Assembly: GCA_040751795.1 (NCBI GenBank)
Contig: JBFMHR010000004.1
Span: 192,001-256,000 of the forward strand
Direction: 5' to 3'
Length of the DNA stretch: 64,000 nt
Source of the DNA: Thermoplasmatota archaeon
GTDB taxonomy: Archaea; Thermoplasmatota; Thermoplasmata; UBA10834
The translations under genes and the position numbers were made by a program. Within the stretch, counting starts at the first letter, position 1. The number at the start of each line of letters is the position of its first letter. The notes under the pieces were generated by a model. That model worked only from the letters and a program-made list of their open reading frames with translations. It did no database searches and was not told the DNA's origin. Positions 37,287 to 46,873 of the stretch are shown piece after piece.

Positions 37287-37967
37287 TCATCCCTTCTTCT
37301 CCAGCGACGCCCTGTGGATGACGTAGGTCCCCGAGTCCCTGGACCACCTGGCCTCGGCCTCCTCCACGTGCACCGACCTCGAGAAGCTCGGGCCGTCGAG
37401 GACGAAGGTCTCGATCTCCCCGCCCTCGCCGGAGACGCTGATCCGGTACCTGTCGCGGAGCCGCTCGAGCTCCTTGATCGTGTGCGAGGTGATGACCTTG
37501 CCCAGCCACCCCTCGTCGAACCCGTGGGCGTACACGCCCACGACCATGAACCTGAACCCCGCGCGGACCATGTCCTCGAGGAGCATGCTCTGGTCCTTCC
37601 TCCACAGCGGCGAGTGCAGGGGCCTCCCGAGCCTGTGGCAGATGCCGTTCAGCCTGGACCACTGGTAGTCCGACGCGATCGCGCCCGACACGAACCCGTC
37701 GACGTCCTCCCCCTTCATCAGCTCCTCGACGTCGTCGAGCTCCTTCTCCTCCTCCCCGGGGCTCTCCCTCGTCCTTATCGGGATGCCCATCGCCTCGGCC
37801 TGGAGCGACGTCCAGCGGATGTTGGGGACATGGAACATGTAGGAGTCCTCGGCGCGAGGGATGACGGTCAGGAGGCTCGCGACCTCCCACCCCTGCTGCT
37901 GCACCAGGTACGCCGCGTACGCGGAGTCCTTGCCCCCGGAGAACAGGACGGAGACCCTCATGGCCAC
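37287..37967 (-). CDS. Diphthine-ammonia ligase-like PP-loop ATPase (Dph6 family)
   Basis: SGGKDS, 'SYMFH', 'GAIASDYQ', 'GEGGEIET'. Confidence 0.9.
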   Translation of the reverse strand: MAMRVSVLFSGGKDSAYAAYLVQQQGWEVASLLTVIPRAEDSYMFHVPNIRWTSLQAEAMGIPIRTRESPGEEEKELDDVEELMKGEDVDGFVSGAIASDYQWSRLNGICHRLGRPLHSPLWRKDQSMLLEDMVRAGFRFMVVGVYAHGFDEGWLGKVITSHTIKELERLRDRYRISVSGEGGEIETFVLDGPSFSRSVHVEEAEARWSRDSGTYVIHRASLEKKG

Positions 37968-38001
37968 GGTGTATCCCCCGCGCGCGTATATACGGGTTCG
38001 G

Positions 38002-39576
38002 TCAGGTCACGAGGGTCGCGGTGAAGACGAAGGCCAGGACCGCGAGGAAGAACGCGACGAGCGGGACCCTGTACGGCCAGTGCTCGTTCAGCACCTGGCG
38101 CGCCCCGTAGTAGCCGAACGGGACGGCGGCGGCCAGCTCCAGGACGCCGGTCATCACCGCACCGCCGTCGAGGAGGAACAGGCCGTAGACGGCGAGGCCG
38201 GCCGCGAGAGTCACAGGCAGGGCGGCGACCAGGTGCGTCGACAGCTCCTTCGACCCGGTCCTCTCCCTGGCGGCCCTGACCCAGAGCAGGACGGCGCCGA
38301 GCAGCGCCACGGAGCCGGTGGCGACCCAGTCGATCGCCTCGGAGCACTCCCACGCCAGCTCAGTCGCGGTCAGCAGGAGGAGGAACCCCCCGACTGCGGC
38401 GAAGGCGTCGAGGACGGCGGCGTCCCTGTCCATGGGGTGGAACGTGGCCAGCACCACCATCACTGCGCCGGAAATCCCGACGATCAGCGCCATGCCCACC
38501 TCCACCTCCCCGAAGTCCACCAGGACCATGGTGGCGGCCGCGACGAGCATCATCAGGATGCCGGACGAGAGGAGGAAGTCGCCGCGGAACTCCGGGCGGT
38601 ACGCGTGGACCGCCACGTAGGCGAGGATCAGTGCACCTATGATCGGGGCCAGGGTCGTGAAGGTCTCCTCGGAGTCGATCTCAGCGACCGTGAAGTGCCA
38701 GACCGCGATGAGCCCGGGGCTCACGGCCAGCGTGTAGAACACCGCCCTCACCCTGCTCGCCGGCTTCACCGGCTTGCGCGCCTTGCGCCCACCCCTTCTC
38801 ATCAGGGCCCAGACCGCGATGCCTATGCCCACCGTCAGCAGGGCCAGGAACATCAGGCAGGGGATGTCCTCCAGCCAGAGGAACAGAACCAATGCGGCGG
38901 ATGCGGCCACCAAGGGGACGGCAGCGCTCGACCACCCCTGCCTGGTTGGAGCAGGCGCCTCCTCGGCGGCCCCCTCCTTCCTCAGGGCGGAGACGATCCT
39001 GTACGGCCTCCCGCAGCCGGGGCAGTCGAACCCGACCTCGTCCTCCACGGACAGGTTGTCGACCTCGATCTGCTTCTTGCACGTCGGGCAGAACACGGAA
39101 ACGACCCTCTTCGCCGGGGAGGCCATGACGGCTATCTCGTCCCTGACGGGCCCCCCCCTGTCCATCTGGTTGATGACCGAGGCCAGGCTCGCCTTGCGCG
39201 CAGTCACGATCTCGGAGACCTTGAGGGTCCTGGTGCCGTCAGGGTCCTCGAACGTGACCTCGACCTCGAAGAGCTGCTGGCGCACCGAGGACGCGGCGTC
39301 CGCGCCCTTCGGCGTGACGCAGTAGGCGTTCTGCCTCCTGTCCGCTCCCTCGACGTGCCCCTTGACGCACTCGACGAGCCCGTCCTTCGCGAGCTCCTGC
39401 AGCGCGACCGCTACGTGGCTCCTGCGCAGGCCGAGGTGGTCAGACAGGCCCTTCTGCGTGACCTCGAACGGGAAGACGACATCGTCCGGCCCGCACCTGT
39501 GGAGGTACAGCTGGACGAGCACCTTCTCCCTCGCCTTGAGCCTCAGTCCCGCCTGGCCGTCCTCTCCTGCGCCCAA
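38002..39576 (-). CDS. Membrane protein with N-terminal winged HTH, Zn ribbon and many TM helices
   Basis: 'VTQKGLSDHLGLRRSHVAVALQEL...RQNAYCVTPKG' wHTH; CPTC/CPGC; hydrophobic C-terminal half. Confidence 0.8.
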   Translation of the reverse strand: MGAGEDGQAGLRLKAREKVLVQLYLHRCGPDDVVFPFEVTQKGLSDHLGLRRSHVAVALQELAKDGLVECVKGHVEGADRRQNAYCVTPKGADAASSVRQQLFEVEVTFEDPDGTRTLKVSEIVTARKASLASVINQMDRGGPVRDEIAVMASPAKRVVSVFCPTCKKQIEVDNLSVEDEVGFDCPGCGRPYRIVSALRKEGAAEEAPAPTRQGWSSAAVPLVAASAALVLFLWLEDIPCLMFLALLTVGIGIAVWALMRRGGRKARKPVKPASRVRAVFYTLAVSPGLIAVWHFTVAEIDSEETFTTLAPIIGALILAYVAVHAYRPEFRGDFLLSSGILMMLVAAATMVLVDFGEVEVGMALIVGISGAVMVVLATFHPMDRDAAVLDAFAAVGGFLLLLTATELAWECSEAIDWVATGSVALLGAVLLWVRAARERTGSKELSTHLVAALPVTLAAGLAVYGLFLLDGGAVMTGVLELAAAVPFGYYGARQVLNEHWPYRVPLVAFFLAVLAFVFTATLVT

Positions 39577-39643
39577 ATCCCGAACCCCTCGAACCGACCT
39601 GATGAATCGCCCGTGAGTTAATCCTTTGCCGGCGGGGGCGCCC

Positions 39644-42600
39644 TCACGACGCCTCGAACACCAGCGGCAGGGTCTCCGACCTGAGCTCCTCGGGGTTGTA
39701 CATGTCCCACGCGACGACCCCCTGGAGCGTGCTCGTGATGGGCATCTCCGCCACTAGCGAGTAGTCGAACTCGACGGCGGCGCCCGACACCACGTCGGTG
39801 ATGTACACCACGACCTGGCGGTCGTTGCAGTCGTACGAGGATATGACGCCCTGGGCGTCGAGCGCGTCGAACTCGGAGAGGTCGAACGCGAAGCCCATGG
39901 GCGCGCGCAGGTCGACGAGGACCATCTTGAGCATCTCCGCGGTCCCGTTGTACAGGAGGTAGAGGTGGGCCCTGAGCCTGTCGTCGACCGATATCGTCGT
40001 CGTGTCGTATGTGACCTCGAGGGTCAGGAACGGGGACGACTCCGGCTCGTCTGGCCAGGGGACGTACTGCTCCAGGAAGACCGAGTAGAGGACGGACCCG
40101 TCCCCCGTGCAGGAGACGGTCACGTTGGTGACGTTCGCGAGGTAGGGCCTGAGGTCGACGAGGTAGGTGACGTCCCTGTTGAACTCGCTCATGTCGATGG
40201 TCTCGACGACCGAGCCCTCGACGAGGACCTGGACCTGCACATCCTCGACGGAGTTCTCCCCGGCGACCGCGTCGAGGGCGTGGAACGCCACCACCGTGTC
40301 CTGGGTGGACGACCAGCCCCCGAGCTCGCCCCTGTGGTCGAGGAGGTACTTGACGGCCCCTTGGACGGTGGCGTGGTGCCCAGTCTCCCCGTGGAGGGCC
40401 ATGGCGGCGTAGCCCGTGGTCTCTATGATCCTCGGGGAGGAGCCTTCCCAGACGTAGTCGCCGTCGGAGATGAGGTTCACGCCGCCGCTCCAGTGCACGG
40501 TGCCGTTGTCGGCGATCTTGAGCTCCTCGAGCCTCTCCGCGATGTCGGCGCGGAGCGCGGAGGAGCCGTCGCCGGCCTGCAGCAGCAGGAGCGAGAGCGA
40601 GAGGCTGTACGGGTCGTCCTGTATCGTGGAGACCTCGTCCTCGACGAACTCGATCGCCGCCTGGATGTGCGGGTCGTCGCCCGGGACCCCCGAGTGCAGG
40701 AGCGCCCTCGCGATGTACCCTGTCGCCGCGACCTCCTTGGACTGGAGGACGGGGTTGTTGAACTCGTAGATGCCCCAGTCCGGGAACTCCCACGAGCCGT
40801 CGTCCTGCTGGATCGACATGAGCCAGCTCTGCATGTCCGTGACGATGTCCTCGTCGAGCCCGAAGCCCGCGTTGATGGCGTCCTGGAAGGCGATGAGGCC
40901 CCAGGAGGTCAGCCACGGGTGCACGTCCTCGTCCCCCGGGAACCAGACGATGCCCCTGCCCTCGCCGTTGTTCGCCTCGAGCAGGTACATCAGCTCGTGC
41001 TGGAGCCCCTGGTTCACGATGCTCTCGTATTCGAACATCATCTCGGGGGTGGCGCCGAGCTCCACGACGGTGGCGTAGGCCAGTATGTCAATCGAGAGCA
41101 TCGACAGGGACTGCTCCCCGCATCCGGACACGTGCTGGATGAACTCGTCCACGCCCTCGAGGAGGACGGCGTCTATGCCGCCCTGGACCTTGACCCAAGC
41201 GTTCGCGCTGCCCTCGACCATGTCAGGCTGGAGGTAGAGGGTGTGCTCCGCGCTGCCGTCGCCGACCTCGCCGTTGTAGAGCGTCTCGACCCTCTTGCCG
41301 TCGGGCACGACCTCCATCGGCCTGATGACGGCGTCCGAGGCCTCCGGCGAGGAGGCGAACACCGAGACCGTGTGCCACCCGACCTTCTCGGCGACGATCG
41401 TGAACGACACGGAGGTGACGTAGTTGGCCGGCACGGTCACTTCCTGCGCCGCGGGGGAGAGCAGGGTGAGCCATGTCTCGTCGGCCAGCGTCACGTCGAC
41501 GACCTGCTCCGTGTCGAGGTAGTTGTAGACCATGATGCTGAGCGGGAACTCGTCGCCCCTGACGACCGACGCCGGTATGTCCGGCTCGACGAAGAAGGGC
41601 TGGAACACCGTCACGGACCCGGAGCCCGTGCCGATCTGCCCGTCTGCTGTGGAGGCGATGACGTCCACCTGCCACGACGTGATCGAGTCAGGGGCGGTGA
41701 GGGATATGTTGGCCCAGCCTCCCTCGTCCGTCAGGAGGCAGGGGTTCCAGTACCACGTCTCAGGGAAGTACTGGCGCACTATCGACGGCCTTGAGGCCGA
41801 GCCTCCGCCGGCGTCGGTCGAGGTCTCGTCGCCGTAGGCGGTGTCCGTGTCCCAGCCGAAGTCCATGGAGGCCTCCTGAGGCACCATGTTCCACTCATCG
41901 GCGTTAGGGTTCCTCGGATCGAACTCGCCGTCCTGGCTGCTGCTCGTCCCGAACCCGAGGGTCATGACGTAGACCGCCGCCATGCCCGCCAATGCGAGGG
42001 CCACGACGACGACCGCGAGGGCGAGGACGGGCACGGCCGTCCTCCTCCCCTTCGTGCCTATGGCGATCATGAGCCCCAGCATTGCGCAGAGGTAGACGGC
42101 GAACCAGTATCCCATGGTCGCGTCCTCCCTGATCTGCTCGGCGGCGGCCAGGTTCTCCGGCCATGTGGTCGTCACGCGCGCCTCGTCCGTCTCGGGGATG
42201 ACCTCCGAGGTGTCGGAGGGGAGGGCGCCGACGCCCGCGTATACGTACGTGAGTATCTGGTACTGGGGGATGACGAACTCCGCGTCGAGCCCGAAGATGA
42301 TCTCCTCGAAGCCCTGGAACATGCTCCCGACCTCGTAGACGGCCTCGTCCACGACGGAGACGCCGAGCGCGGCCACCGCCGGCGACCCGGAGTATTCGGC
42401 GTAGAACGACAGGCCGACCTCGTCCCTCGGGTAGTAGGAATCGTTGTCGGCGCTCACAGAGACGGACAGCGTGGACGAGCCGCCCACGGAGAAGGTCACG
42501 GCGTCCCTCGTGACGCCCATGTCGGCCTCGATCTTGTAGACCCTGAGCTGCGCGAACGGCTCGGCGTCGGGCCCCATGGTGAGCTGCAGGGAGGCCTGCC

Positions 42601-44083
42601 CGTCGTCCAGCTGGACGACGCCCCTGTCCACGAGGTAGCCGCGAGAGACCAGGTCCCAGTACACGTTCCTGGTCATGGAGTCGCCGGAGTACATGATGTC
42701 GAAGGAGGCCGTGTCGCCGACGTCGTATGACGCCTGGTCGGCCACGACCTTCAGGCCCGTCGCGGACTCGACGTCGACGTAGACCACGGCTTCGCCGGAG
42801 GCGCTGCTCCCGCGGACTCGCGCGGAGGTCTGGCCATCATATGTGAATGTCAGCGCTGCGACTCCCCTCCCGTCGGTCACGGAGGAGGCCTCGTTGACGT
42901 AGTAGTTGCCCTTCAAGAGGCCAAGCTGGACGGTCGCGTTGGCCACCGGCTCGCCGTTGGGGGACCTTGCAATCACGTAGTACCTGGACTGCATCCCGTC
43001 GACGCAGCTGTCGGTGAGCACCGAGAGCACTAGTCCGCTCGGCGCCACGGGGATGACCCTGTACCTGACCTCCGAGTGGCCTGCGGTGTCCGTCACGGTG
43101 AGGTTGAGCTGGATGTACCCGTTCCCCCCGGTCTCCGACAGGCCCACGGCATACTCCACCGCCGGGACGGAGAAGACAGCCTCGCCGTCGTAGAGGGAGA
43201 ACGTGCCGGTGTAGTACGTCTCCCAGACACCCAGATATACGTTCGCCTCGACGTCCACCGTGCCGGCGACGGCCTCGCCGAAGAAGTACTCGGCCGAGAC
43301 GACCCCGTTGATGGGGTCGTCGACCTCGTACCAGTCTTTGGTGCCCAGGAGGTCCACCCGGAACTTGGGGAGGACGTAGTCCTTGACCGCCAGGGCCTTG
43401 GTGACGGTCCTCTCGCCGATCGTGGCGGATATCGTGTAAGTCCCCTGGTTGAGCTGGTCCGACAGCCACAGGTCGTACGCGCATATGCCGTACCCGTCGG
43501 GGGAGAGGAGCTTCTTGAAGATCTTGTCCCCGTTGGGGTCGAGCACCTCGGCGAGGAGCTGGGACTCCTGGGGAAGCGGGTCCATGCCCGCGTATGTCAG
43601 GAACCTCATGTGTATGGTGTCGCCGGGCTTGTAGACGGGCTTGTCGGTGGTGATCACGATCCTGACGCTGTCGTCGAGCACGGTGGTGGTCTCGACGACG
43701 TCCACGCCCGAGTTGACGACCAGCTTGACCTTGCCCGCGGCCGCGGGGAACTCTATGGTCGGGGCGGCGGAGCCGTCGGCGCCCGTCCTGCCCGACCAGA
43801 CGAGAGCGTCCGAGTCGTCGGTGACGAGCCTCACGTCGACCTCCTGACCTCCGACGGGCTCGCCGTCGCCGTCCATGGCGAAGACCATGATCGTCGACGG
43901 GCCGCCCGCGGCGACCCGGTCGGGCACGTAGGCCACCAGGTTGAGCTTGTTCGCGAGGTAGGCGTCGTCGACGTCCTCCAGGGCTATCCCGATGGCCCCG
44001 ACGGCCATCAGGGCCGTGATGAATGCCACCACGAGCCTCTCCTTCCTGTCCTTCTCGACCAACCGGGCGACGGCCTTCCTCAT
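39644..44083 (-). CDS. Alpha-2-macroglobulin family thioester protein, membrane anchored
   Basis: 'TDKPVYKPG', 'DYVLPKF', 'RQYFPETWYW', 'APDSITSW', thioester GCGEQ (41111-41125), 'GGWSSTQDT', 'DMYNPE'. Confidence 0.93.
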   Translation of the reverse strand: MRKAVARLVEKDRKERLVVAFITALMAVGAIGIALEDVDDAYLANKLNLVAYVPDRVAAGGPSTIMVFAMDGDGEPVGGQEVDVRLVTDDSDALVWSGRTGADGSAAPTIEFPAAAGKVKLVVNSGVDVVETTTVLDDSVRIVITTDKPVYKPGDTIHMRFLTYAGMDPLPQESQLLAEVLDPNGDKIFKKLLSPDGYGICAYDLWLSDQLNQGTYTISATIGERTVTKALAVKDYVLPKFRVDLLGTKDWYEVDDPINGVVSAEYFFGEAVAGTVDVEANVYLGVWETYYTGTFSLYDGEAVFSVPAVEYAVGLSETGGNGYIQLNLTVTDTAGHSEVRYRVIPVAPSGLVLSVLTDSCVDGMQSRYYVIARSPNGEPVANATVQLGLLKGNYYVNEASSVTDGRGVAALTFTYDGQTSARVRGSSASGEAVVYVDVESATGLKVVADQASYDVGDTASFDIMYSGDSMTRNVYWDLVSRGYLVDRGVVQLDDGQASLQLTMGPDAEPFAQLRVYKIEADMGVTRDAVTFSVGGSSTLSVSVSADNDSYYPRDEVGLSFYAEYSGSPAVAALGVSVVDEAVYEVGSMFQGFEEIIFGLDAEFVIPQYQILTYVYAGVGALPSDTSEVIPETDEARVTTTWPENLAAAEQIREDATMGYWFAVYLCAMLGLMIAIGTKGRRTAVPVLALAVVVVALALAGMAAVYVMTLGFGTSSSQDGEFDPRNPNADEWNMVPQEASMDFGWDTDTAYGDETSTDAGGGSASRPSIVRQYFPETWYWNPCLLTDEGGWANISLTAPDSITSWQVDVIASTADGQIGTGSGSVTVFQPFFVEPDIPASVVRGDEFPLSIMVYNYLDTEQVVDVTLADETWLTLLSPAAQEVTVPANYVTSVSFTIVAEKVGWHTVSVFASSPEASDAVIRPMEVVPDGKRVETLYNGEVGDGSAEHTLYLQPDMVEGSANAWVKVQGGIDAVLLEGVDEFIQHVSGCGEQSLSMLSIDILAYATVVELGATPEMMFEYESIVNQGLQHELMYLLEANNGEGRGIVWFPGDEDVHPWLTSWGLIAFQDAINAGFGLDEDIVTDMQSWLMSIQQDDGSWEFPDWGIYEFNNPVLQSKEVAATGYIARALLHSGVPGDDPHIQAAIEFVEDEVSTIQDDPYSLSLSLLLLQAGDGSSALRADIAERLEELKIADNGTVHWSGGVNLISDGDYVWEGSSPRIIETTGYAAMALHGETGHHATVQGAVKYLLDHRGELGGWSSTQDTVVAFHALDAVAGENSVEDVQVQVLVEGSVVETIDMSEFNRDVTYLVDLRPYLANVTNVTVSCTGDGSVLYSVFLEQYVPWPDEPESSPFLTLEVTYDTTTISVDDRLRAHLYLLYNGTAEMLKMVLVDLRAPMGFAFDLSEFDALDAQGVISSYDCNDRQVVVYITDVVSGAAVEFDYSLVAEMPITSTLQGVVAWDMYNPEELRSETLPLVFEAS

Positions 44084-44127
44084 GCTATCACTGATTTCGC
44101 CTACCGCCTCCGTCCTTCATGTACCCC

Positions 44128-44145
44128 CCCATGACATGTCATGGG
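44128..44145. promoter_or_regulatory. Perfect 18-bp palindrome CCCATGACATGTCATGGG upstream of the A2M gene
   Basis: Exact self-reverse-complement in the divergent intergenic region. Confidence 0.55.
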
Positions 44146-44196
44146 CCTGGGCGACATCTCGGGCCGGCGCGATGGGGTTTATGTACGGATACGCTA

Positions 44197-44412
44197 ATGC
44201 AGAAATCCGTGTACTACTGCCCCAAGTGCGACAGGACCGTGTCCAGGGAGCGCCTCGAGCAGATCGAGGCGGACCTGGTCGGGAGGTTCGGCAAGAGCTG
44301 CCTCGCGACCATGCGGTGCCCTGTGTGCGACACGGACTTCATCGACCTCGGGGATGTCCGGCCCGGGGGTGAGGGACACGTCGGCGAGGCGCGCCGCATC
44401 GAGAAGGGCTGA
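44197..44412 (+). CDS. Small zinc-ribbon protein
   Basis: CPKC and CPVC in 71 aa. Confidence 0.7.
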   Translation: MQKSVYYCPKCDRTVSRERLEQIEADLVGRFGKSCLATMRCPVCDTDFIDLGDVRPGGEGHVGEARRIEKG

Positions 44413-45139
44413 CGAGGTAACGAGCCCGGAGTTCGCGAGGCTCGCGGAGGCTGGTTCGCTCTTCGTGCTCCCGTTCGGCTCCCTGGAGGAGCACGGCTCG
44501 CACCTCCCGCTGGGGACGGACACGTTCCAGGCGGAGGAGGTCGCCCGGAGGGTGGCCGAGGAGTTCGGGGGCGTCGTGCTCCCTTCCGTCGGCTACGGGG
44601 AGTGCAGGTCCACGCGCAACTTCCCCGGGACCCTCTCCCTCGGCTTCGAGACCGTCCGCATGCTCGCCCAGGACATCGCGTCGGAGCTCGCGAGGAACGG
44701 CGTCACGAGGCTGCTAGTCCTGACGGGGCACGCCGGCTCTGGGCACATGGCCGCCATAAGGCTCGGGGTGCTCAGGGCTGTGGAGGCGTCCCCGTCGCTG
44801 AGGGCGATGGTCCTGTCCGACTACGACCTCGCCTACGAGCTCCGGGGCAAGGAGTTCCCGGAGGACGACGGCCACGCGGGCCTCATAGAGACATCCAGGA
44901 TACTCAACATCCGGCCGGGGCTGGTGGGGAGGGAGAGGCCCGTCGGCAGGACGAGGCCGCCCAGGTTCATGGTCCTGCCCGACCCGGAGAGGCACCTGCC
45001 CACCGGCGTCATGGGGGACCCGCGGGGGGCGACCGCGGCGAAGGGCGCGACCATAGACGACTACGTCGTCTCGGAGCTGTGCGGGCTCGTCGGAGAGGGT
45101 TTCGGGATCAAGCGCGGGAAGGCCAGGGGTAGGGGATGA
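44354..45139 (+). CDS. Creatininase family amidohydrolase
   Basis: GSLEEHGSHLPLGTD, GHAG, HAG..ETS, GVMGDP; start uncertain. Confidence 0.9.
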   Translation: MSGPGVRDTSARRAASRRADEVTSPEFARLAEAGSLFVLPFGSLEEHGSHLPLGTDTFQAEEVARRVAEEFGGVVLPSVGYGECRSTRNFPGTLSLGFETVRMLAQDIASELARNGVTRLLVLTGHAGSGHMAAIRLGVLRAVEASPSLRAMVLSDYDLAYELRGKEFPEDDGHAGLIETSRILNIRPGLVGRERPVGRTRPPRFMVLPDPERHLPTGVMGDPRGATAAKGATIDDYVVSELCGLVGEGFGIKRGKARGRG

Positions 45140-45143
45140 CGGG

Positions 45144-45821
45144 ATGGACCTGAAGGAGATGGCCGCCGCGGAGGCGGTCAGGTACGTGGAGGACGGGATG
45201 GTCGTCGGGCTGGGGAGCGGCTCGACCGCGAGCATCGCGATCAGGCTCATCGGGGACAAGGTCAAGGAGGAGGGGATCGAGATCGTCGGGGTCCCGACGT
45301 CCAAGACCTCCGACCTCCTCGGGCGCGCGGTGGGGATCAAGATCGTCGAGCTGGACGACCACCCCACGGTGGACCTCACGATCGACGGCGCGGACGAGGT
45401 GGACCCGGGGCTCAACCTCGTGAAGGGCCTCGGGGGCGCCCTCGTCAGGGAGAAGATCGTCGCGGCCGCGTCGACCGTCGAGATCATAGTCGCGGACGAC
45501 TCGAAGCTCGTGGACTACCTCGGACAGAAGGCCCCCCTGCCGGTGGAGGTCGTGAGGTTCTCGTTCAAGACCACCGTCCGGAGGCTCGCCGCGCTGGGCT
45601 GCAAGCCCGCGCTGAGGATCAAGGACGGCTCGCCCTTCGTCACGGACAACGGCAACTACATCGTCGACTGCAGGTTCGAGAGGATAGAGCACCCAGCGGC
45701 CATGGAGTCGGTGATAAACAACGTCCCGGGCGTCGTGGACAACGGCCTCTTCGTGGACAGGGCGAGCAAGGCGATGATAGGCACGAAGGACGGCATCAGG
45801 ATAATGGAGAGGGGCTTCTGA
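45144..45821 (+). CDS. rpiA: Ribose-5-phosphate isomerase A
   Basis: GLGSGST, DGADEVD, KGLGGAL.REK, TDNGN. Confidence 0.97.
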   Translation: MDLKEMAAAEAVRYVEDGMVVGLGSGSTASIAIRLIGDKVKEEGIEIVGVPTSKTSDLLGRAVGIKIVELDDHPTVDLTIDGADEVDPGLNLVKGLGGALVREKIVAAASTVEIIVADDSKLVDYLGQKAPLPVEVVRFSFKTTVRRLAALGCKPALRIKDGSPFVTDNGNYIVDCRFERIEHPAAMESVINNVPGVVDNGLFVDRASKAMIGTKDGIRIMERGF

Positions 45822-45824
45822 GGC

Positions 45825-46190
45825 TCACTTGGCGACTTCCTTGAGCTGCTTGATGTTCGCCTCGATGCCCTCCATCTTCTTCTTCTCCTCCGACTCGATC
45901 ATCTCTATGATCTTGTCGAAGGGGAGGGCGAGCTTGTTGGAGTGCACGGGCCTGCCCTTGCCCTCCTTCTTGATGTCCCTCTTGACGACCCACTTGCGCC
46001 TGCGGAGCTCCTGCATCGCGATGGACACCTCGGGCTGCCTCAGGCTAGTGGCGCTCTCGATCTCGACCGACGTCGTCTCCTCCTTCTTGCGCAGGTAGAC
46101 AAGGGTCTTCGCTATGTTCTTGGAGAGACCAGTCCTCATGAGCAGCTCCACCAGCTGCTCGTCCTTCTTGGTGAGGCCCTTGTCGGTCAT
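45825..46190 (-). CDS. Archaeal HTH transcriptional regulator
   Basis: '[14 protein letters not shown]', 'KGRP'. Confidence 0.85.
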   Translation of the reverse strand: MTDKGLTKKDEQLVELLMRTGLSKNIAKTLVYLRKKEETTSVEIESATSLRQPEVSIAMQELRRRKWVVKRDIKKEGKGRPVHSNKLALPFDKIIEMIESEEKKKMEGIEANIKQLKEVAK

Positions 46191-46205
46191 ATTATGTGCC
46201 TAGCC

Positions 46206-46239
46206 ATTTATTAATTACCATATATTTATTGATTCCCAT
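46206..46239. repeat. Tandem 16-bp AT-rich direct repeat upstream of the HTH gene
   Basis: ATTTATTAATTACCAT / ATTTATTGATTCCCAT, 14/16 identical, 18-bp period. Confidence 0.6.
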
Positions 46240-46403
46240 GAGAATGCGCCGATATTTTATCAGAGATGATATAATAATCGCGGGCGGGGGAGCCGCCGCG
46301 CGCGCGCGACGCGTCGCCCAGACCAGCGCGCCCGCGCGGTCAACAATGCTTTTATATAGGTTCCCTCTTACTCGTGTCCTGCCCCCAGGGGCCGCTGATT
46401 CGC

Positions 46404-46685
46404 ATGAAGATGCCGAGGGTACGGAAGGAGTTCTGTCCGAAGTGCAAGAAGCACACGGACCACGAGGTCGAGAGGGTCAAGACCAGGCCCAGGAGCGAGC
46501 TCAAGTGGGGTCAGAGGCGGTACAGGCGGGCGACGAGCGGGTACGGCGGTTTCCCGAGGCCCAAGTACGAGGGCCGCCAGAAGCCGACCACCAAGGTGGC
46601 GCTCAGGTACAGGTGCAAGACCTGCAAGAAGGCCCACCAGAGGACCTGCTTCAGGGCCAAGGTTTTCGAGCTCAAGGAGGCCTGA
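46404..46685 (+). CDS. rpl44e: 50S ribosomal protein L44e
   Basis: 'FCPKCKKHT', 'GYGGFPRP', 'KPTTK'. Confidence 0.96.
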   Translation: MKMPRVRKEFCPKCKKHTDHEVERVKTRPRSELKWGQRRYRRATSGYGGFPRPKYEGRQKPTTKVALRYRCKTCKKAHQRTCFRAKVFELKEA

Positions 46686-46687
46686 GC

Positions 46688-46873
46688 ATGGAGAGGATCC
46701 CGACTCCCAAGAGCAAGTTCATCAACGTCAAGTGTCAGGACTGCGGCAACGAGCAGATAGCCTTCGACAGGCCCGCGACGCACGTCAAGTGCAACGTGTG
46801 CGGCGCCACGCTGGTCAAGCCGGCGGGCGGCAAGGGGCAGGTCAGGGGGCAGCTGCTCGGAGAGGTCCAGTAA
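46688..46873 (+). CDS. rps27e: 30S ribosomal protein S27e
   Basis: '[15 protein letters not shown]', '[14 protein letters not shown]'. Confidence 0.96.
   Translation: MERIPTPKSKFINVKCQDCGNEQIAFDRPATHVKCNVCGATLVKPAGGKGQVRGQLLGEVQ

Noticed and set aside
44088-44120. 10-codon uORF before the A2M gene
   Set aside because: Too short, with no convincing SD; chance occurrence is likely
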